Of a stretch of DNA of 64,000 nucleotides, positions 40,814-51,043 are shown piece by piece. The DNA is from Escherichia coli. Its GTDB lineage: Bacteria; Pseudomonadota; Gammaproteobacteria; Enterobacterales; Enterobacteriaceae. Below the pieces are notes generated by a model. It saw nothing but the letters and a program-made list of their open reading frames with translations. It ran no database searches and was not told the DNA's origin. Location: the NCBI RefSeq assembly GCF_048403405.1, contig NZ_CP183129.1. The stretch is one strand, 5' to 3'. The position numbers were made by a program, and so were the translations under genes. How positions within the stretch are numbered: position 1 is the first letter of the stretch; each line of letters begins with the position of its first letter.

Positions 40814-41528
40814 TTGTGCACAGAAAACCCCCAGCTAGGCTGGGGGTTCCGGAAAGCTTTCAGCTTTAAGCCAGTTATTAAAACCCCTTTTGATTTGTTA
40901 AAACACCTTGCGGTCTGGCAACTGCAAGTGTCAAACAAGAAATCAAAAGGGGGTCCCAATGGGGAACGAAAAGAGCTTAGCGCACACCCGATGGAACTGT
41001 AAATATCACATAGTTTTTGCGCCAAAATACCGAAGACAGGTGTTCTACAGAGAGAAGCGTAGAGCAATAGGCAGTATTTTGAGAAAGCTGTGTGAGTGGA
41101 AAAGTGTACGGATTCTGGAAGCTGAATGCTGTGCAGATCATATCCATATGCTTGTGGAGATCCCGCCCAAAATGAGCGTATCCGGCTTTATGGGATATCT
41201 GAAAGGGAAAAGCAGTCTGATGCTTTACGAGCAGTTTGGTGATTTGAAATTCAAATACAGGAACAGGGAGTTCTGGTGCAGAGGGTACTACGTCGATACG
41301 GTGGGTAAGAACACGGCGAAGATACAGGATTACATAAAGCACCAGCTTGAAGAGGATAAAATGGGAGAGCAGTTATCGATTCCCTATCCGGGCAGCCCGT
41401 TTACGGGCCGTAAGTAACGAAGTTGGATGCAAATGTCAGATCGTGTGCGCCTGTTAGGGCGCGGCTGGTAAGAGAGCCTTATAGGCGCATTTGAAAAACC
41501 TCCGGCTATGCCGGAGGATATTTATTTA
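40814..41528 (+). mobile_element. IS200-like insertion sequence, copy B (inverted relative to copy A)
   Basis: Near-identical to the reverse complement of 1680..2394 with a few substitutions; boundaries +/-3 bp. Confidence 0.85.
40959..41417 (+). CDS. tnpA: IS200/IS605 family Y1 transposase TnpA
   Basis: 152 aa from MGNEKSLAHTRWNCKYHIVFAPKYRR; differs from copy A at a few residues (e.g. D3N, LAFYG to QVFYR). Confidence 0.9.
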   Translation: MGNEKSLAHTRWNCKYHIVFAPKYRRQVFYREKRRAIGSILRKLCEWKSVRILEAECCADHIHMLVEIPPKMSVSGFMGYLKGKSSLMLYEQFGDLKFKYRNREFWCRGYYVDTVGKNTAKIQDYIKHQLEEDKMGEQLSIPYPGSPFTGRK

Positions 41529-42191
41529 ACGATTGTATTGCTGGTATAAAATAGCAATATTTTGTTGCATAATTTCAGCAAGACAATGTCTGCATCCCTC
41601 TTTGTCTTTTGCTTTTAACGCGGCGAGTAATAGACGATAGTTTTCTATACGTTCCCGTAATTCCGCTGGATTAATCGCTTCATAAAGATAATGTAAACCA
41701 GGTCCCATCCTGACCCACAGTTGCTCAATCATCTCACACAGGATGGGCATATTTGAACGATGATAAATTGCTAAGCGAAATAGCCTGTTCGCATTAATGA
41801 TTTGTTCCATGTCGCCCTTTTCTTGCGCCTGCTGTAATTTCTCGAGCAATTCCTCGAGTTCCGCCAGGTCTTGCGAGGTGAGGTTTTCAACAGCCAGAGT
41901 AACTGCCATTAATTCCAGCTCGTAGCGGATCCGATTGATTTCGTCTAATTGACGTTTCCCCACTTCCGGAACTGTAAATGCTTGCGCTGGTGCGACAGAA
42001 AGCGCATTCACCGAAACCAGACGTAATAATGCTTCACGCACAGGTGTAATACTCATACCTAATTGCTCCGCCAGATTTTTAGTAATCAGGCGTGCGCCAG
42101 GTTTTAGTGCGCCAATACTAAGCTGATGTTTCAGGTCATTCTCAACCTGCAGAGTCAAACTGACATGTTTCATTTTTTCCGTTCCAGGCAT
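41526..42191 (-). CDS. mcbR: GntR/FadR-family transcriptional regulator (colanic acid/biofilm regulator)
   Basis: 221 aa from MPGTEKMKHVSLTLQ within ORF 41526..42248; N-terminal wHTH; stop codon overlaps the IS200 copy B end. Confidence 0.88.
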   Translation of the reverse strand: MPGTEKMKHVSLTLQVENDLKHQLSIGALKPGARLITKNLAEQLGMSITPVREALLRLVSVNALSVAPAQAFTVPEVGKRQLDEINRIRYELELMAVTLAVENLTSQDLAELEELLEKLQQAQEKGDMEQIINANRLFRLAIYHRSNMPILCEMIEQLWVRMGPGLHYLYEAINPAELRERIENYRLLLAALKAKDKEGCRHCLAEIMQQNIAILYQQYNR

Positions 42192-42388
42192 TTTAATTCC
42201 TTCGCGTGTTTTCTGTCCAACCCTGCCTGCATGGCAGAAGGAGTTCACCTGGGGTATTAAAGTGAATAATCATAAACCACTCACCTTTATTGTTATTAGC
42301 AGCAGAACAATGACGTAGTTAGTTAATTAAAGCTGAAAATAAGCTTTTTGCCTGGATTTTTATGGCGGCTTACGCCGCCGTCGTATCT

Positions 42389-43426
42389 TTAATCATCACC
42401 CGCCACGCGGATCACCACTTTGCCGAAGTTTTTACCCTTCAGCAGGCCGATAAATGTCTGTGGCGCATTCTCTAAACCGTCAGTAATTTCTTCGCGGTAG
42501 TGGATTTTATCCTCTTTCACCCATTGCCCCATCTCCTTCTGAAACTCATGGATGCGGTGACCATAATCCTGAGCGATAATAAATCCTTGCAAGCGAATAC
42601 GTTTTTTCAGCACCGTAGCCATCAGCAGAGGTAAACGATCCGGGCCGGGTGGTAGCTCTGTAGCGTTATAGCTGCTCACTAAGCCGCAGACGGGAATGCG
42701 CGCAGATGTATTAAGTAACGGTAGCACCGCATCAAATACTTTACCGCCCACGTTTTCATAATAGATATCAACGCCTTTTGGGCACGCTTTCGCCAGTTGT
42801 TCGGCAAAATCATCCGCGTGATGGTCAAGACAAACATCGAAGCCCTGCACCTCAGTAGCATGGCGGCATTTTTCCGCGCCACCGGCCACCCCAACCACTC
42901 TACAACCTTTAAGTTTGCCGATTTGACCCACCGTCGCCCCTACTGGTCCTGTCGCCGCAGCTACCACCAGCGTTTCGCCCTCTTTAGGCTGGCCGATATC
43001 CAGTAGGCCCATATAAGCAGTAAAGCCTGGCATCCCCAGCACACCCAGCGACCACGATGGATTTTGCGGATGATCGCCAAGTTTCACCAAATCATCACCA
43101 CTGGATATGTCATAGTCCTGCCATCCACTGTAGCCCAGCACCCAGTCGCCAGGCTGATAATCAGGATGATTCGACTCCACGACACGGCTCACCGTGCCGC
43201 CGACCATCACGCCGCCAATATCAACAGGCGGTGAATAAGATGGCTCATCGCTCATACGTCCACGCATATACGGGTCCAGGGACAAATAAACTGTGCGCAG
43301 TAACACCTGTCCTTCACCCGGTGTGGCGACATCATCTTCTTCAAGACGGAAATTCTCCGGAACCGGTGCGCCATGCGGACGCGAGGCCAGAACCCAACGG
43401 CGGTTACGCTGCTTTTGTTGCCCCAT
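42389..43426 (-). CDS. curA: NADPH-dependent curcumin/dihydrocurcumin reductase (MDR superfamily)
   Basis: 345 aa from MGQQKQRNRRWVLASRPHG within ORF 42389..43519. Confidence 0.9.
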   Translation of the reverse strand: MGQQKQRNRRWVLASRPHGAPVPENFRLEEDDVATPGEGQVLLRTVYLSLDPYMRGRMSDEPSYSPPVDIGGVMVGGTVSRVVESNHPDYQPGDWVLGYSGWQDYDISSGDDLVKLGDHPQNPSWSLGVLGMPGFTAYMGLLDIGQPKEGETLVVAAATGPVGATVGQIGKLKGCRVVGVAGGAEKCRHATEVQGFDVCLDHHADDFAEQLAKACPKGVDIYYENVGGKVFDAVLPLLNTSARIPVCGLVSSYNATELPPGPDRLPLLMATVLKKRIRLQGFIIAQDYGHRIHEFQKEMGQWVKEDKIHYREEITDGLENAPQTFIGLLKGKNFGKVVIRVAGDD

Positions 43427-43606
43427 AATGCTCTCCTGTGCTTTTGGCATGAATCCATCAATAGTAGCAGGCTCACGGGATTGGTTTTGTTTGCAGCCGT
43501 CACATCCCCTCTGCAACACGCAATAATTTCATCGAGGAATCCGTTGCTTCGGGCTGTTTTCGATAGTATTGATAACATCATCATCATTATTTTATCGAGG
43601 CCAGAC

Positions 43607-44125
43607 ATGTCCATCCGTTTTGCCCGCAAAGCCGACTGTGCTGCCATTGCGGAAATTTATAACCACGCCGTGTTGTATACGGCGGCTATCTGGAATGACC
43701 AAACGGTGGATGCAGATAACCGCATTGCCTGGTTCGAAGCGCGGACTTTAGCAGGTTATCCGGTGCTGGTGAGTGAAGAAGATGGCGTCGTTACAGGATA
43801 TGCCTCGTTTGGCGACTGGCGTAGTTTCGATGGTTTTCGCCATACCGTGGAACATTCGGTTTATGTCCATCCCGATCATCAGGGCAAAGGTCTTGGGCGT
43901 AAATTGTTAAGCCGATTGATTGATGAAGCGCGGGATTGCGGGAAGCATGTCATGGTCGCCGGGATCGAATCGCAAAATCAGGCGTCTTTGCATCTGCACC
44001 AGTCGTTGGGATTTGTCGTCACCGCACAAATGCCGCAGGTAGGCACTAAATTTGGGCGCTGGCTGGATCTGACATTTATGCAGTTGCAACTCGACGAGCG
44101 CACTGAACCGGACGCGATTGGATGA
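43607..44125 (+). CDS. mnaT: GNAT N-acetyltransferase (L-amino acid N-acyltransferase)
   Basis: 172 aa from MSIRFARKADCAAIAEIYNH within ORF 43373..44125. Confidence 0.88.
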   Translation: MSIRFARKADCAAIAEIYNHAVLYTAAIWNDQTVDADNRIAWFEARTLAGYPVLVSEEDGVVTGYASFGDWRSFDGFRHTVEHSVYVHPDHQGKGLGRKLLSRLIDEARDCGKHVMVAGIESQNQASLHLHQSLGFVVTAQMPQVGTKFGRWLDLTFMQLQLDERTEPDAIG

Positions 44126-44571
44126 ATCAGTCGCTTACCCTTGCTTTTTTGATTGCCGCCGGAATTGGTCTGGTAGTCCAGAACACGCTGATGGTGCGCA
44201 TCACCCAGACCTCCTCTACCATTCTCATCGCCATGTTGCTGAACTCTTTGGTAGGAATTGTGCTGTTCGTTTCTATTTTATGGTTTAAACAAGGCATGGC
44301 GGGGTTTGGCGAACTGGTGTCCAGCGTGCGCTGGTGGACACTTATACCTGGCTTGCTGGGATCGTTTTTTGTCTTCGCCAGTATCAGCGGATATCAGAAT
44401 GTGGGAGCGGCGACAACTATTGCGGCACTGGTCGCCAGCCAGCTGATTGGCGGTCTGGTGCTGGATATCTTCCGCAGCCATGGCGTACCACTACGGGCGT
44501 TGATCGGCCCAATTTGTGGCGCAATTTTACTTGTGGTTGGTGCCTGGCTGGTGGCCAGGCGCACATTTTAA
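44122..44571 (+). CDS. ydcZ: Inner-membrane protein, DMT-like
   Basis: 149 aa, 4-5 TM; 4-nt overlap with mnaT. Confidence 0.85.
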   Translation: MNQSLTLAFLIAAGIGLVVQNTLMVRITQTSSTILIAMLLNSLVGIVLFVSILWFKQGMAGFGELVSSVRWWTLIPGLLGSFFVFASISGYQNVGAATTIAALVASQLIGGLVLDIFRSHGVPLRALIGPICGAILLVVGAWLVARRTF

Positions 44572-44805
44572 TCAGAGGATGGTGCCACCTTTGGTTAACT
44601 GTTCGTGGCGCGCTTCCATATCTTCTTTATGCTTGCGACCGTGATGGGCGATCGCTGTGCGCAGACGCTGCTGCTGGGTGTAGCGATCTTCCCGACTTAA
44701 CTCCGCGTCATCGCTCAGGGCGATTAATAATTCGTTCATATGGGCAATGACGCTCTCTTCAATCGCGGCATCCACGCGCGCGATGACTTCATCCAGATGC
44801 GACAT
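44572..44805 (-). CDS. ydcY: Small uncharacterised protein
   Basis: 77 aa; position and length match K-12 ydcY. Confidence 0.8.
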   Translation of the reverse strand: MSHLDEVIARVDAAIEESVIAHMNELLIALSDDAELSREDRYTQQQRLRTAIAHHGRKHKEDMEARHEQLTKGGTIL

Positions 44806-44890
44806 ACTTTCTCCTTAGCCACTTGTGAAATTTATCGATTCATCCAAATGATATAAGTCTGCGTGGTGCCGTCAAGCCAGTGAGTAAGAT

Positions 44891-45064
44891 TTAAAACAGT
44901 GAAAACAACAGCGCCACCGGGAAACTCATCGGCCATGTTGCCCCCACCAGAAAGGCGCTTAAGAAACGGATGCGTTTCTTATCGTGAGAAAGAAACCAGG
45001 TGATAAGAAATGCGATTGCTGCCATAACCGCATAAAAAACAAGCATGTGTTGATAGAGAGACAT
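44891..45064 (-). CDS. ortT: Small membrane toxin OrtT (orphan toxin related to GhoT)
   Basis: 57 aa from MSLYQHMLVFYAVMAAIAFLITWF within ORF 44891..45139. Confidence 0.8.
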   Translation of the reverse strand: MSLYQHMLVFYAVMAAIAFLITWFLSHDKKRIRFLSAFLVGATWPMSFPVALLFSLF

Positions 45065-45258
45065 GTACGGGCGTCCAGCCAGATGAATAAAACGCGCGCA
45101 AATATGCGTCATTTTTTGACGTGCATCAAGTTTTATCACCAGTTTGAGAAAAAATCATCAAACAGCAACTTGCCCTTATCCATCTTCAGAATGAGTATTA
45201 TTGCGGATTTTCTTAACCCGTACTATACACATAGGGGCAATGATAAAAGGTGGCAAAA

Positions 45259-45354
45259 ATGAATGTTTCCAGTAGAACTGTAGTACTGATAAATGTCTTT
45301 GCTGCTGTTGGTTTGTTTACTCTTATCTCTATGAGATTTGGCTGGTTTATTTGA
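45259..45354 (+). CDS. yncL: Small stress-induced membrane protein (31 aa)
   Basis: ATG with AAAGGTGG SD; MNVSSRTVVLINVFAAVGLFTLISMRFGWFI; below the 60-aa ORF-track cutoff. Confidence 0.75.
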   Translation: MNVSSRTVVLINVFAAVGLFTLISMRFGWFI

Positions 45355-45377
45355 TGTAGTGATTTTGCACGCAGCAC

Positions 45378-45410
45378 GTACTGTCAGAGAAATCAGTGCT
45401 CTGACAGTAC
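45378..45410. repeat. Perfect 12-bp inverted repeat (stem-loop) between yncL and patD, no U-tract
   Basis: gtactgtcagag-aaatcagtg-ctctgacagtac. Confidence 0.6.
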
Positions 45411-45450
45411 GCAAGATCTTCTCATACTCTTACGATCTGCAATATTATCC

Positions 45451-46875
45451 TTAATGTTTAACCATGACGTGGCGGACGACGGTGTAATCCTCCAGCCCAT
45501 AAAGTGACATATCCTTGCCGTAACCAGAAAGTTTCTGCCCACCGTGCGGCATTTCACTTACCAGCATGAAATGGGTATTGACCCAGGTACAACCATATTG
45601 CAGCCGCGCGCTGACGCGATGCGCCCTGCCCACATCTTTCGTCCATACCGAGGATGCAAGTCCGTACTGGCTGTCATTCGCCCAGTTCACCACCTGTTCT
45701 TCGTTGTCGAAGAGCGTAACACTCACTACCGGACCAAATACCTCTTTTTGCACGATGGCATCGTCCTGTAATGCGCCAGCCAGCAACGTCGGTGCATAGT
45801 AATAGCCATTACCCTTGCGCTTTTCACCACCGGTGATCACTTTGATGTGCCCTGTCGCTTTCGCCTCTTCTACCGCCTTGCTGACGCGTTCGAGATGCGC
45901 CAGCGAGCTTAAAGGTCCAAGCTCCGTAGACTCGTCATCCGGTGCACCCGATTTTAACGTTGCCACTGCAGCACCGAGTTTTTCCACCAGCGTATCGTAA
46001 ATACCTTTTTGCGCGTAGATCCGACAAGCCGCAGTACAATCCTGTCCGGCATTGTAATAGCCAAAAGTACGTACACCTTCGACCACCGCTTCAATATCCG
46101 CATCATCAAAAACTATCACTGGCGCTTTGCCTCCAAGTTCCATATGAGTACGCTTTATGGACGGCGCGGTATGGCTGATGATGTGCTCGCCAGTGGCGAT
46201 AGAGCCCGTCAGCGACACCATCCGTACTTTGGGATGTCCGGTCAGCGGATCTCCCACCGTTTTGCCTCTGCCAAACAGTACGTTAATCACGCCTGCCGGG
46301 AAGATATCTTTCGCCAGCTCTGCCAACTTCAACGCGGTCAGCGGGGTAATTTCTGATGGTTTAAGCACTACACAGTTCCCTGCCGCCAGCGCCGGAGCCA
46401 GTTTCCACGCGGCCATCATCAGCGGATAATTCCACGGTGCGATCGAAGCCACGACCCCCAACGGATCGCGACGGATCATCGAAGTATGACCTTCAAGATA
46501 TTCACCTGCCGCCAGACCATTCAGACAGCGCGCCGCACCAGCGAAAAAGCGAAAAACATCGACAATCGCCGGGATTTCATCATTGAACGCACTATGCAGC
46601 GGTTTGCCACAATTACGGGACTCCAGTTCGGCAAAAACCTGACCATTTTCTTCGATAACATCAGCCAGTTTCAGCAGACATTCCGCACGCACTTTCGGCG
46701 TGGTTTGCCCCCATTCGGCAAATGCTGCATCTGCCGCGCGCACAGCAGCATCGACCTGCTCTGCGGATGCCTCGGCAATCTCCAGTAAAACGTCCCCCGT
46801 TGCCGGATTATAGACAGGCTGTTTTTCCCCTTCGCCGCTAACCAGTTCTCCGTTAATCAGTAACTTATGTTGCAT
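45451..46875 (-). CDS. patD: Gamma-aminobutyraldehyde dehydrogenase (aldehyde dehydrogenase family)
   Basis: 474 aa; ALDH catalytic motifs (ELGGKAP, ...CTAACR...). Confidence 0.93.
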   Translation of the reverse strand: MQHKLLINGELVSGEGEKQPVYNPATGDVLLEIAEASAEQVDAAVRAADAAFAEWGQTTPKVRAECLLKLADVIEENGQVFAELESRNCGKPLHSAFNDEIPAIVDVFRFFAGAARCLNGLAAGEYLEGHTSMIRRDPLGVVASIAPWNYPLMMAAWKLAPALAAGNCVVLKPSEITPLTALKLAELAKDIFPAGVINVLFGRGKTVGDPLTGHPKVRMVSLTGSIATGEHIISHTAPSIKRTHMELGGKAPVIVFDDADIEAVVEGVRTFGYYNAGQDCTAACRIYAQKGIYDTLVEKLGAAVATLKSGAPDDESTELGPLSSLAHLERVSKAVEEAKATGHIKVITGGEKRKGNGYYYAPTLLAGALQDDAIVQKEVFGPVVSVTLFDNEEQVVNWANDSQYGLASSVWTKDVGRAHRVSARLQYGCTWVNTHFMLVSEMPHGGQKLSGYGKDMSLYGLEDYTVVRHVMVKH

Positions 46876-46896
46876 AGCATATTCCTGTATCAGTGG

Positions 46897-47691
46897 TTAT
46901 TGACCATTGTCGCCTTCGCGGGTTAGCCACCAGGCCCCCAGGATCGGCAAGGTTGTTACCAACATAACCAGCAGTGCCACCACGTTGGTTACCGGTACAT
47001 CACGCGGTCGCCCAAGCTGATTGAGCAACCACAACGGTAACGTTCGTTCATGACCTGCCGTAAAGGTCGTCACGATGATTTCATCGAACGACAAGGCAAA
47101 CGCCAGCATTCCTCCTGCCAGTAACGCCGAACTGAGATTCGGCAACACTACGTAGCGGAAGGTTTGCCAGCCATTGGCCCCAAGATCCATTGACGCCTCA
47201 ACCAGACTCCACGAGGTGCGGCGAAAACGGGCGATGACATTGTTAAACACCACAACTACACAAAAAGTCGCATGACCGACCACGATGGTGAAAAATCCCG
47301 GCTCCAGATTGATGGTTTTAAAGGCGGTTAACAACGCCAGACCAGTGACAATGCCCGGCAGCGCAATGGGCAGCAGCAGTAACAGCGAAATGGCGTTTTT
47401 GCCGAAAAAGTCTCGTCGCCACAGCGCGGCAGCGGCCAGCGTCCCTAACACCAGCGCCATTAATGTCGCCAGCGCCGCCACTTTAAGTGACAGTGTCACG
47501 GCATCAAGAATATCACTACGCTGTGCTGCCACGCTAAACCAGCGCAGCGTCAGGCCCTGCGGTGGAAAACTAAACGCCGCATCTTCAGTGTTAAACGCAT
47601 AGGCGGCGATAATCAGGATGGGAAAATGTAGGAAAACCACGCCGCCCCAGGCCGCCAGTTTGAGGAAAAACGGTGCGCGTTCAGAGTGCAT
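46897..47691 (-). CDS. ydcV: ABC transporter permease
   Basis: 264 aa, 6 TM permease. Confidence 0.9.
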   Translation of the reverse strand: MHSERAPFFLKLAAWGGVVFLHFPILIIAAYAFNTEDAAFSFPPQGLTLRWFSVAAQRSDILDAVTLSLKVAALATLMALVLGTLAAAALWRRDFFGKNAISLLLLLPIALPGIVTGLALLTAFKTINLEPGFFTIVVGHATFCVVVVFNNVIARFRRTSWSLVEASMDLGANGWQTFRYVVLPNLSSALLAGGMLAFALSFDEIIVTTFTAGHERTLPLWLLNQLGRPRDVPVTNVVALLVMLVTTLPILGAWWLTREGDNGQ

Positions 47692-48622
47692 CGAACGCTC
47701 CCAGACGTTTCACGAACGCCAGGTACAGTGCGATGAGAACAATCGGCACCAGGGTGAATGCCGCCGCCATCGGCATATTGCCAATCGCTCCCTGCTGGGA
47801 ATAAACCATATTGCCGATAAAATATCCTGGAGGGCCAACCAGCTGCGGAACAATAAAATCGCCCAGTGTGAGTGAAAAGGTAAAGATAGAGCCAGCGGCA
47901 ATACCAGGGATTGCCAGCGGCAGCACCACATAGCGAAAGGTTTGCCGTGGACGCGCGCCAAGATCAGCCGACGCCTGCAACAATGACGGCGGCAAACGCT
48001 CAAGCGCCGCCTGCACGGGCAGGATCATGAACGGCAGCCAGATATAGAGAAACACCAGAAAGCGCCCCAGCCCGGAAGTTGACAGCGTATTGCCGCCCAC
48101 CGCAGGTAATGTAAGGAACGCAGTCAGCAGTGGTTCCAGCCCAAGATGTTGTAAAAACCACTGAGCCACGCCATCTTTTGCCAGCAATAACGTCCAGGCA
48201 TAGGCTTTAACAATGTAGCTCGCCCACATCGGCAACATTACCGCAATATAAAAAAACGCTTTCATTTTCCCGCTGGTATAGCGCGCCATATACCACGCCA
48301 TTGGAAAAGCCAGAATGGCGCTGGCGATAGTGACTGCCACAGCCATAGTCAGCGTGCGGAGAATGATGTCGTAATTCGCCGGATTAAACAGCGCACGGAT
48401 ATTCGCCAGCGTCAGTTCCGGCGTTACCGACATGGTGAAATCGTCAAAGGTATAAAATCCCTGCCATAACAGTGTCAGCAGCGAGCCGAAATAGACAATG
48501 CCAAACCACATTAGCGGGCCAAGCAGCAGTAAAAACAGCCCCAGCCCCGGATTACGCCAGAAGAAACCGGACACCTTACCCAGACCTGGACGTGAAGGTG
48601 ATTGCAATACATTCATCGCCAT
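47681..48622 (-). CDS. ydcU: ABC transporter permease
   Basis: 313 aa; 11-nt overlap with ydcV. Confidence 0.9.
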   Translation of the reverse strand: MAMNVLQSPSRPGLGKVSGFFWRNPGLGLFLLLLGPLMWFGIVYFGSLLTLLWQGFYTFDDFTMSVTPELTLANIRALFNPANYDIILRTLTMAVAVTIASAILAFPMAWYMARYTSGKMKAFFYIAVMLPMWASYIVKAYAWTLLLAKDGVAQWFLQHLGLEPLLTAFLTLPAVGGNTLSTSGLGRFLVFLYIWLPFMILPVQAALERLPPSLLQASADLGARPRQTFRYVVLPLAIPGIAAGSIFTFSLTLGDFIVPQLVGPPGYFIGNMVYSQQGAIGNMPMAAAFTLVPIVLIALYLAFVKRLGAFDAL

Positions 48623-49636
48623 TCACCTCTCCTCAACCAGCGGCACCATCACATCACGCGACCAGGAAACCATCACCTGTTGTCCGGGCGTGAGCGTGGC
48701 AGGCAGTTCTTCGCCTGTCATATTGGCCTGACTCACAAGCAGTTTTTCACCGCCGTTCAATTTCAGTTCAAAACGTGTTGCCGCGCCCTGATATTGCACC
48801 GCCTGGATCGTGCCATTGGTCTGCAGTTCACCAGGGGTGTTGAGGCGGATATGTTCCGGTCGCAGGGCGAAGCTTCCCGTCATGCCACAAAGTTTCTCTG
48901 CCATCAGTCCATCAAAAACGTTGGATGTCCCGACGAATCCGGCAACAAACGGCGTGCGCGGGCGCATATAGAGATCGCGCGGGGAATCGACCTGCTCAAT
49001 GCGTCCATTATTGAAAACCGCCACACGATCGGACATCGATAACGCTTCGCCCTGATCGTGGGTAACGAAGATAAAAGTGATACCGAGAGACTGTTGCAGT
49101 TTTTTCAGTTCCAGCTGCATCTGCTCACGCAATTTGAGATCCAGTGCGCCGAGCGGTTCATCCAACAGCAATACGCGCGGTTCATTCACCAATGCTCTGG
49201 CGATAGCAACCCGCTGGCGCTGACCACCAGAAAGTTGTGACGGTTTACGTTGATGTACAAACCCCAACGCCACTTTCTCCAGCGCCTCTTGCGCCATTGC
49301 GTGCCGCTGCTTTTTATTCACGCCTTTGACCATCAGCCCATAGGCGACATTGTCAAGAATCGACATATGCGGAAATAGCGCGTAGTCCTGAAAGACAGTA
49401 TTCACGTCCCGCTCCCACGGTGGCAGATTGCTGGCGGGTTTACCAAAGATAGAGATAGCCCCGCCGGAAAGCTGTTCGAAGCCAGCAATCAGGCGCAGGC
49501 AGGTGGTTTTGCCGGAGCCGGACGGCCCCAGCATAGAGAAGAACTCACCATCTTTTATCGCAATACTGACGCCATCTACTGCGCGCACGTCACCGTACAA
49601 CCGCGAGACGTTGTCAAACTCCACTGCGTACGTCAT
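48623..49636 (-). CDS. ydcT: ABC transporter ATP-binding protein
   Basis: 337 aa; Walker A GPSGSGKTT, signature LSGGQRQRVAIARAL. Confidence 0.93.
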   Translation of the reverse strand: MTYAVEFDNVSRLYGDVRAVDGVSIAIKDGEFFSMLGPSGSGKTTCLRLIAGFEQLSGGAISIFGKPASNLPPWERDVNTVFQDYALFPHMSILDNVAYGLMVKGVNKKQRHAMAQEALEKVALGFVHQRKPSQLSGGQRQRVAIARALVNEPRVLLLDEPLGALDLKLREQMQLELKKLQQSLGITFIFVTHDQGEALSMSDRVAVFNNGRIEQVDSPRDLYMRPRTPFVAGFVGTSNVFDGLMAEKLCGMTGSFALRPEHIRLNTPGELQTNGTIQAVQYQGAATRFELKLNGGEKLLVSQANMTGEELPATLTPGQQVMVSWSRDVMVPLVEER

Positions 49637-49653
49637 AAAGCACCCCAGCGAAG

Positions 49654-50799
49654 TTAGCGACCGCCCATAATGGCAATGTAATCCTGCGTCCAGCGACTGT
49701 AGGGAACAAACTTGCCCCCTTCTGCTATAGGCGTTTTCCAGAAGGCGATTTTGTCGAAATAGTTAAAACCGTTGGTTTCACAACCTTTTTCGCCTAATAA
49801 CGGACTGGCTTTACACCCTTCCGGCACTACCGGTAACGAGCCAAACCAGGCCGCCACATCGCCCTGCACTTTTGGCGTTAATGACCAGTTCATCCATTTG
49901 TAGGCGCAAACCGGATGTTTCGCTTCGCTATGCAGCATGGTGGTATCAGCCCAACCGGTAACACCCTCCTTCGGGAAAACGGTAGCAACAGGCTGGCCTT
50001 CGGCTTTCAGGGCGTTGGCCTGATAGGGCCAGGCACTGGAAGCAACCACACCCTCGTTTTTGAAATCGCTCATTTGCACGGTAGTGTCATGCCAGTAGCG
50101 ATGGATCAAACTGTGTTGAGCGCGCAGCACTTTCAGCACCGCCTGGTACTGTTCTTCGGTTAGTTGATACGGATCGCTGATGCCCAACTGCGGCTGAGTG
50201 GCTTTAACGAACAACGCAGCGTCCGCAATGTAGATAGGGCCATCATAAGCCTGAACGCGGCCTTTATTGCTCTTGCCGTCCGGCAGATTTTGCTCAACAA
50301 AAACCACTTGCCAGCTATCCGGCGGCGTCGGGAAGGTTTTAGTGTTGTACATCAGCAGGTTCGGCCCCCATTGGTAAGGTGTGCCGTAAACTTTGCCGCC
50401 AACATTAAACCAGTCGCCTTTAACCACGCGCGGATCGAGCGTTTTCCAGTTGGGAATCAAGGCGGTATTAATCGGCTGCACGCGTTTGCCCATAATCAAA
50501 CGCAGCGAGGCATCGCCGGATGCCGTAACCAGATCGTAACCCCCTTTGGTCATCAGACTGACCATTTCATCGGAAGTCGCGGCGGTTTTCACATTCACCG
50601 CGCAGCCTGTCTCTTTTTCAAATTGCGTTACCCAGTCGTATTGTTTATCAGTTTGTCCGCGTTCGATGTATCCCGGCCAGGCGATAATATCCAGTCGCCC
50701 TTCCGGTTTATCTAAATTGGTAGGTGGTTCGGCGGCGTGAGCGGTCATTATTGTCATGGTGAGCGCACACAGGCTGCTGCGGGCAAATGTCTTGCTCAT
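49654..50799 (-). CDS. ydcS: Periplasmic substrate-binding protein (polyamine-type)
   Basis: 381 aa with signal peptide. Confidence 0.92.
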   Translation of the reverse strand: MSKTFARSSLCALTMTIMTAHAAEPPTNLDKPEGRLDIIAWPGYIERGQTDKQYDWVTQFEKETGCAVNVKTAATSDEMVSLMTKGGYDLVTASGDASLRLIMGKRVQPINTALIPNWKTLDPRVVKGDWFNVGGKVYGTPYQWGPNLLMYNTKTFPTPPDSWQVVFVEQNLPDGKSNKGRVQAYDGPIYIADAALFVKATQPQLGISDPYQLTEEQYQAVLKVLRAQHSLIHRYWHDTTVQMSDFKNEGVVASSAWPYQANALKAEGQPVATVFPKEGVTGWADTTMLHSEAKHPVCAYKWMNWSLTPKVQGDVAAWFGSLPVVPEGCKASPLLGEKGCETNGFNYFDKIAFWKTPIAEGGKFVPYSRWTQDYIAIMGGR

Positions 50800-51043
50800 A
50801 AGGTCTTACTCCTGTCGTAATTAATTGTTCAGCCGCCGTGCCGTAAAAATATCTCCTTGTTTAACCATAGACGGCGGCTAGCAGGCACACCTTCGCCCCT
50901 GAGAAAATTTAATCAGGTTGTGAGCTACCGCGCATTATGCCGTCTGTAAGGTTATCTTCTGGAGTATAGACAAGGAGTTAGGAAATATGACTGCTATTCG
51001 AAATTCATATTACCCAACCTGAGAGGAATTTAATTAAACGCTA

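Noticed and set aside
1680-41528. The two IS200 copies forming a composite transposon carrying fdn through yncD
   Set aside because: The intervening genes are in conserved chromosomal order and the copies are inverted single-gene elements; inversion potential is reported but not composite-transposon status.
42797-43428. Plus-strand ORFs (42797..43006, 43057..43428, 43293..43526) inside or antisense to curA
   Set aside because: Antisense to curA with Arg/Pro-rich low-complexity translations.
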